Shown here: piece after piece, positions 34,577 to 36,643 of the stretch
How positions within the stretch are numbered: position 1 is the stretch's first letter
How the letters are laid out: every line of letters starts with the position of its first letter
NCBI GenBank assembly: GCA_043760045.1
Contig: JAYUPP010000166.1
Coordinates: forward strand, 1-36,643
Source of the DNA: Betaproteobacteria bacterium
GTDB taxonomy: Bacteria; Pseudomonadota; Gammaproteobacteria; Burkholderiales; Burkholderiaceae_C
Length of the DNA: 36,643 nt
Direction of reading: 5' to 3'
The notes under the pieces: model-generated
Database searches by the model: none
Seen by the model: the letters and a program-made list of their open reading frames with translations, nothing else
Told to the model about the DNA's origin: nothing
Made by a program: the position numbers and the translations under genes

Positions 34577-34963
34577 TCAGACGCCCAGCCGCGACGGATG
34601 GTCGGCGCCGAAGTCCGATGCAGCGTCGCCGGTTTTGCCCTCGGCACGCGCGGCGCTCAGCGGTCCCTCTGCGCGCGCCACGCCGGGCACAGCGCTCGGG
34701 TGGGGCGGCGAGCCGCTGGCAGGGCCGCTCGACAGCCTGCCGGCGCCAGCCGCGCCCAGGCGGGTTTTCCACCACCCGGGCAGCATGGCCGCAGCGCCCA
34801 CCACGATGCCGGCGGCGAAAGCGGCCAGCACCACAAAAACCATAGGCGCACGCCATTCGACGCCAAAAAACCAGTGCACGCTGGCGGCGTGCTGGTTGTT
34901 CAGCGCAAAGGCGAACAGCGTGAAAAAGATGAAGGCTCGTAGCAGCCAGGACAGGATGCGCAT
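34577..34963 (-). CDS. lapA: LPS assembly protein A
   Basis: Two TM segments, FAFALNNQH, position between ihfB and lapB. TAGAAT on the - strand at 34978-34973. Confidence 0.88.
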   Translation of the reverse strand: MRILSWLLRAFIFFTLFAFALNNQHAASVHWFFGVEWRAPMVFVVLAAFAAGIVVGAAAMLPGWWKTRLGAAGAGRLSSGPASGSPPHPSAVPGVARAEGPLSAARAEGKTGDAASDFGADHPSRLGV

Positions 34964-35026
34964 CTGCGCCACATTCTAGAAGCCCGCCGGGCCTGGGGCT
35001 GCGAGGTTGCAGCCGAGACTGAGAAC

Positions 35027-35353
35027 TCAAACAGGCTGCTGGGTGCCTGTTGTTTCGCCAGCGCCATGATGGCTGTCTTGATCAACGGCCGCGCGCAGCG
35101 CCTTGCCAGGTTTGAAATGCGGCACCCGTTTTTCAGGGATCACGACCTGGTCGCCACTGCGCGGGTTGCGCCCGATGCGGGGCGGGCGGCGGCTGATGGC
35201 AAAGCTGCCGAAGCCGCGAATCTCGATTCGGTGCCCACGCGACAAGGCGTCGGACATCGCATCAAGGATGGTTTTGACAGCGAACTCGGTGTCGCGCTGC
35301 GTGAGCTGCGCAAACTGTTCAGCCAGGCGGTTGACGAGATCGGAGCGGGTCAT
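35027..35353 (-). CDS. ihfB: Integration host factor beta subunit
   Basis: [37 protein letters not shown]; follows rpsA. Confidence 0.97.
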   Translation of the reverse strand: MTRSDLVNRLAEQFAQLTQRDTEFAVKTILDAMSDALSRGHRIEIRGFGSFAISRRPPRIGRNPRSGDQVVIPEKRVPHFKPGKALRAAVDQDSHHGAGETTGTQQPV

Positions 35354-35412
35354 CTTTGAAGCCGTTTGTTAAACCCGAAACGGCAAGGCCGGAAGCCTTC
35401 CGCAACCGCACT

Positions 35413-35458
35413 ACACAAACACAGCGGCCACCCCTGAGACAGCATGGGGAGGCCGCTG
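35413..35458 (-). terminator. Stem-loop after rpsA (weak intrinsic terminator or stabiliser)
   Basis: cagcggcc-a-cccc ... gggg-a-ggccgctg stem (35422-35458), followed on the - strand by TGTTTGTGT. Confidence 0.5.
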
Positions 35459-35465
35459 GCGGTGC

Positions 35466-36643
35466 TTACTCGGGCCGGCTGTCCAGCTTCGCGCGCAGCA
35501 ATGCACCCAGGCTGGTGGTGCCGGCGTTTTCACGCTCGTTGCTCTGCGTCAGCTTCTGCATGGCTTGCTGCTCGTCGGCGTTGTCTTTCGCTTTGATCGA
35601 CAACTGGATCGAACGCATCTTGCGGTCGACGTTGATGACCATCACGTTCACGTCGTCGCCTTCTTTGAGCAGGTTGCGTGCGTCTTCCACACGGTCGCGG
35701 CTGAGCTCAGAAGCCCGCAGGTAACCGGTAACGTCGTCGTTGAGCTGAATCTCGGCACCACGCGGGTCCACGCTTTTCACCTTGCCGTTGACGATGGCAC
35801 CGCGGTCGTTCAGTGTCGTGAAGCTGGTGAACGGGTCGACGTCCAGCTGCTTGATGCCGAGGCTGATGCGTTCACGCTCCACGTCCACGGCCAACACCAG
35901 GGCCTCCACTTCCTGGCCCTTTTTGTAGTTGCGCACGGCGGTTTCGCCCGGCTCGTGCCAGGACAGGTCGGACAGGTGCACCAGGCCGTCGATGCCGGCC
36001 GACAGGCCGACAAAAACGCCGAAGTCGGTGATGCTCTTCACGGGGCCTTTGACACGATCGCCACGCTTGACGTTGGAGCTAAATTCCTCCCACGGGTTGG
36101 CCTTGCACTGTTTCATGCCCAGGCTGATGCGGCGTTTGTCTTCGTCGATTTCCAGCACCATGACTTCAACTTCTTCACCCAGGGTAACGACCTTGGCAGG
36201 GGCGACGTTTTTGTTGGTCCAGTCCATTTCCGACACGTGCACCAGGCCTTCGATGCCGGGCTCGATTTCAACAAACGCACCGTAGTCGGCGATGTTGGTG
36301 ATCTTGCCAAACAAGCGCGTGCTGTTCGGGTAGCGGCGCGCCACACCGTGCCAGGGGTCGTCGCCCAGCTGCTTGAGGCCAAGTGACACACGGTTTTTCT
36401 CGGCGTCGAACTTCAGTACTTTGGCTGTCAGTTCCTGGCCCACAGTGACCACTTCGCTCGGGTGACGCACACGGCGCCAGGCCATGTCGGTGATATGCAG
36501 CAGGCCGTCGATGCCACCGAGGTCGACAAAGGCGCCGTACTCGGTGATGTTCTTCACCACGCCGTTGACGATGGAGCCTTCGCTCAAGGTTTCCAGCAGC
36601 TTGGCGCGCTCTTCGCCCATCGAAGCTTCCACCACCGCGCGGC
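35466..36643 (-). CDS. rpsA: 30S ribosomal protein S1 (5' part outside the window)
   Basis: Tandem S1 domains: [53 protein letters not shown]. Confidence 0.98.
   Translation of the reverse strand, partial: RAVVEASMGEERAKLLETLSEGSIVNGVVKNITEYGAFVDLGGIDGLLHITDMAWRRVRHPSEVVTVGQELTAKVLKFDAEKNRVSLGLKQLGDDPWHGVARRYPNSTRLFGKITNIADYGAFVEIEPGIEGLVHVSEMDWTNKNVAPAKVVTLGEEVEVMVLEIDEDKRRISLGMKQCKANPWEEFSSNVKRGDRVKGPVKSITDFGVFVGLSAGIDGLVHLSDLSWHEPGETAVRNYKKGQEVEALVLAVDVERERISLGIKQLDVDPFTSFTTLNDRGAIVNGKVKSVDPRGAEIQLNDDVTGYLRASELSRDRVEDARNLLKEGDDVNVMVINVDRKMRSIQLSIKAKDNADEQQAMQKLTQSNERENAGTTSLGALLRAKLDSRPE

Overview
GC-rich betaproteobacterial chromosome segment; gene content and order look like Burkholderiales (inference). 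It has five blocks. (1) 1-8943: a selenium-metabolism locus with a PhnCDE-type ABC importer whose binding protein resembles the 'putative selenate' SBP family, egtD, and the selenoneine genes senA, senB and selD/senC. A BlaI repressor plus a broken BlaR1/M56 gene sits in the middle of it. (2) About 9000-9750: a lower-GC islet carrying a decayed PIN-domain gene. (3) 9799-15319: an alpha/beta hydrolase, a TrhO-like rhodanese and an MlaE/MlaF/MCE/PqiC-type operon. (4) 15493-23435: a heavy-metal RND efflux operon with a His-rich leader ORF ending in RPPR, competing RNA hairpins, and accessory proteins sharing an N-terminal His motif. (5) 23445-36643: mostly core genes (ATP-grasp Cj0069-like, dnaE, patatin, comEA-like, GT9, DUF4254-like, waaC, lapB, lapA, ihfB, partial rpsA). 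Best leads: the importer and LacI-type operator attached to the selenoneine cluster, the candidate arrest-peptide/RNA switch ahead of the RND operon, a probable bidirectional leaderless senA/senB promoter, and pervasive short tandem duplications. All family calls come from motif recognition by eye; no searches were run.
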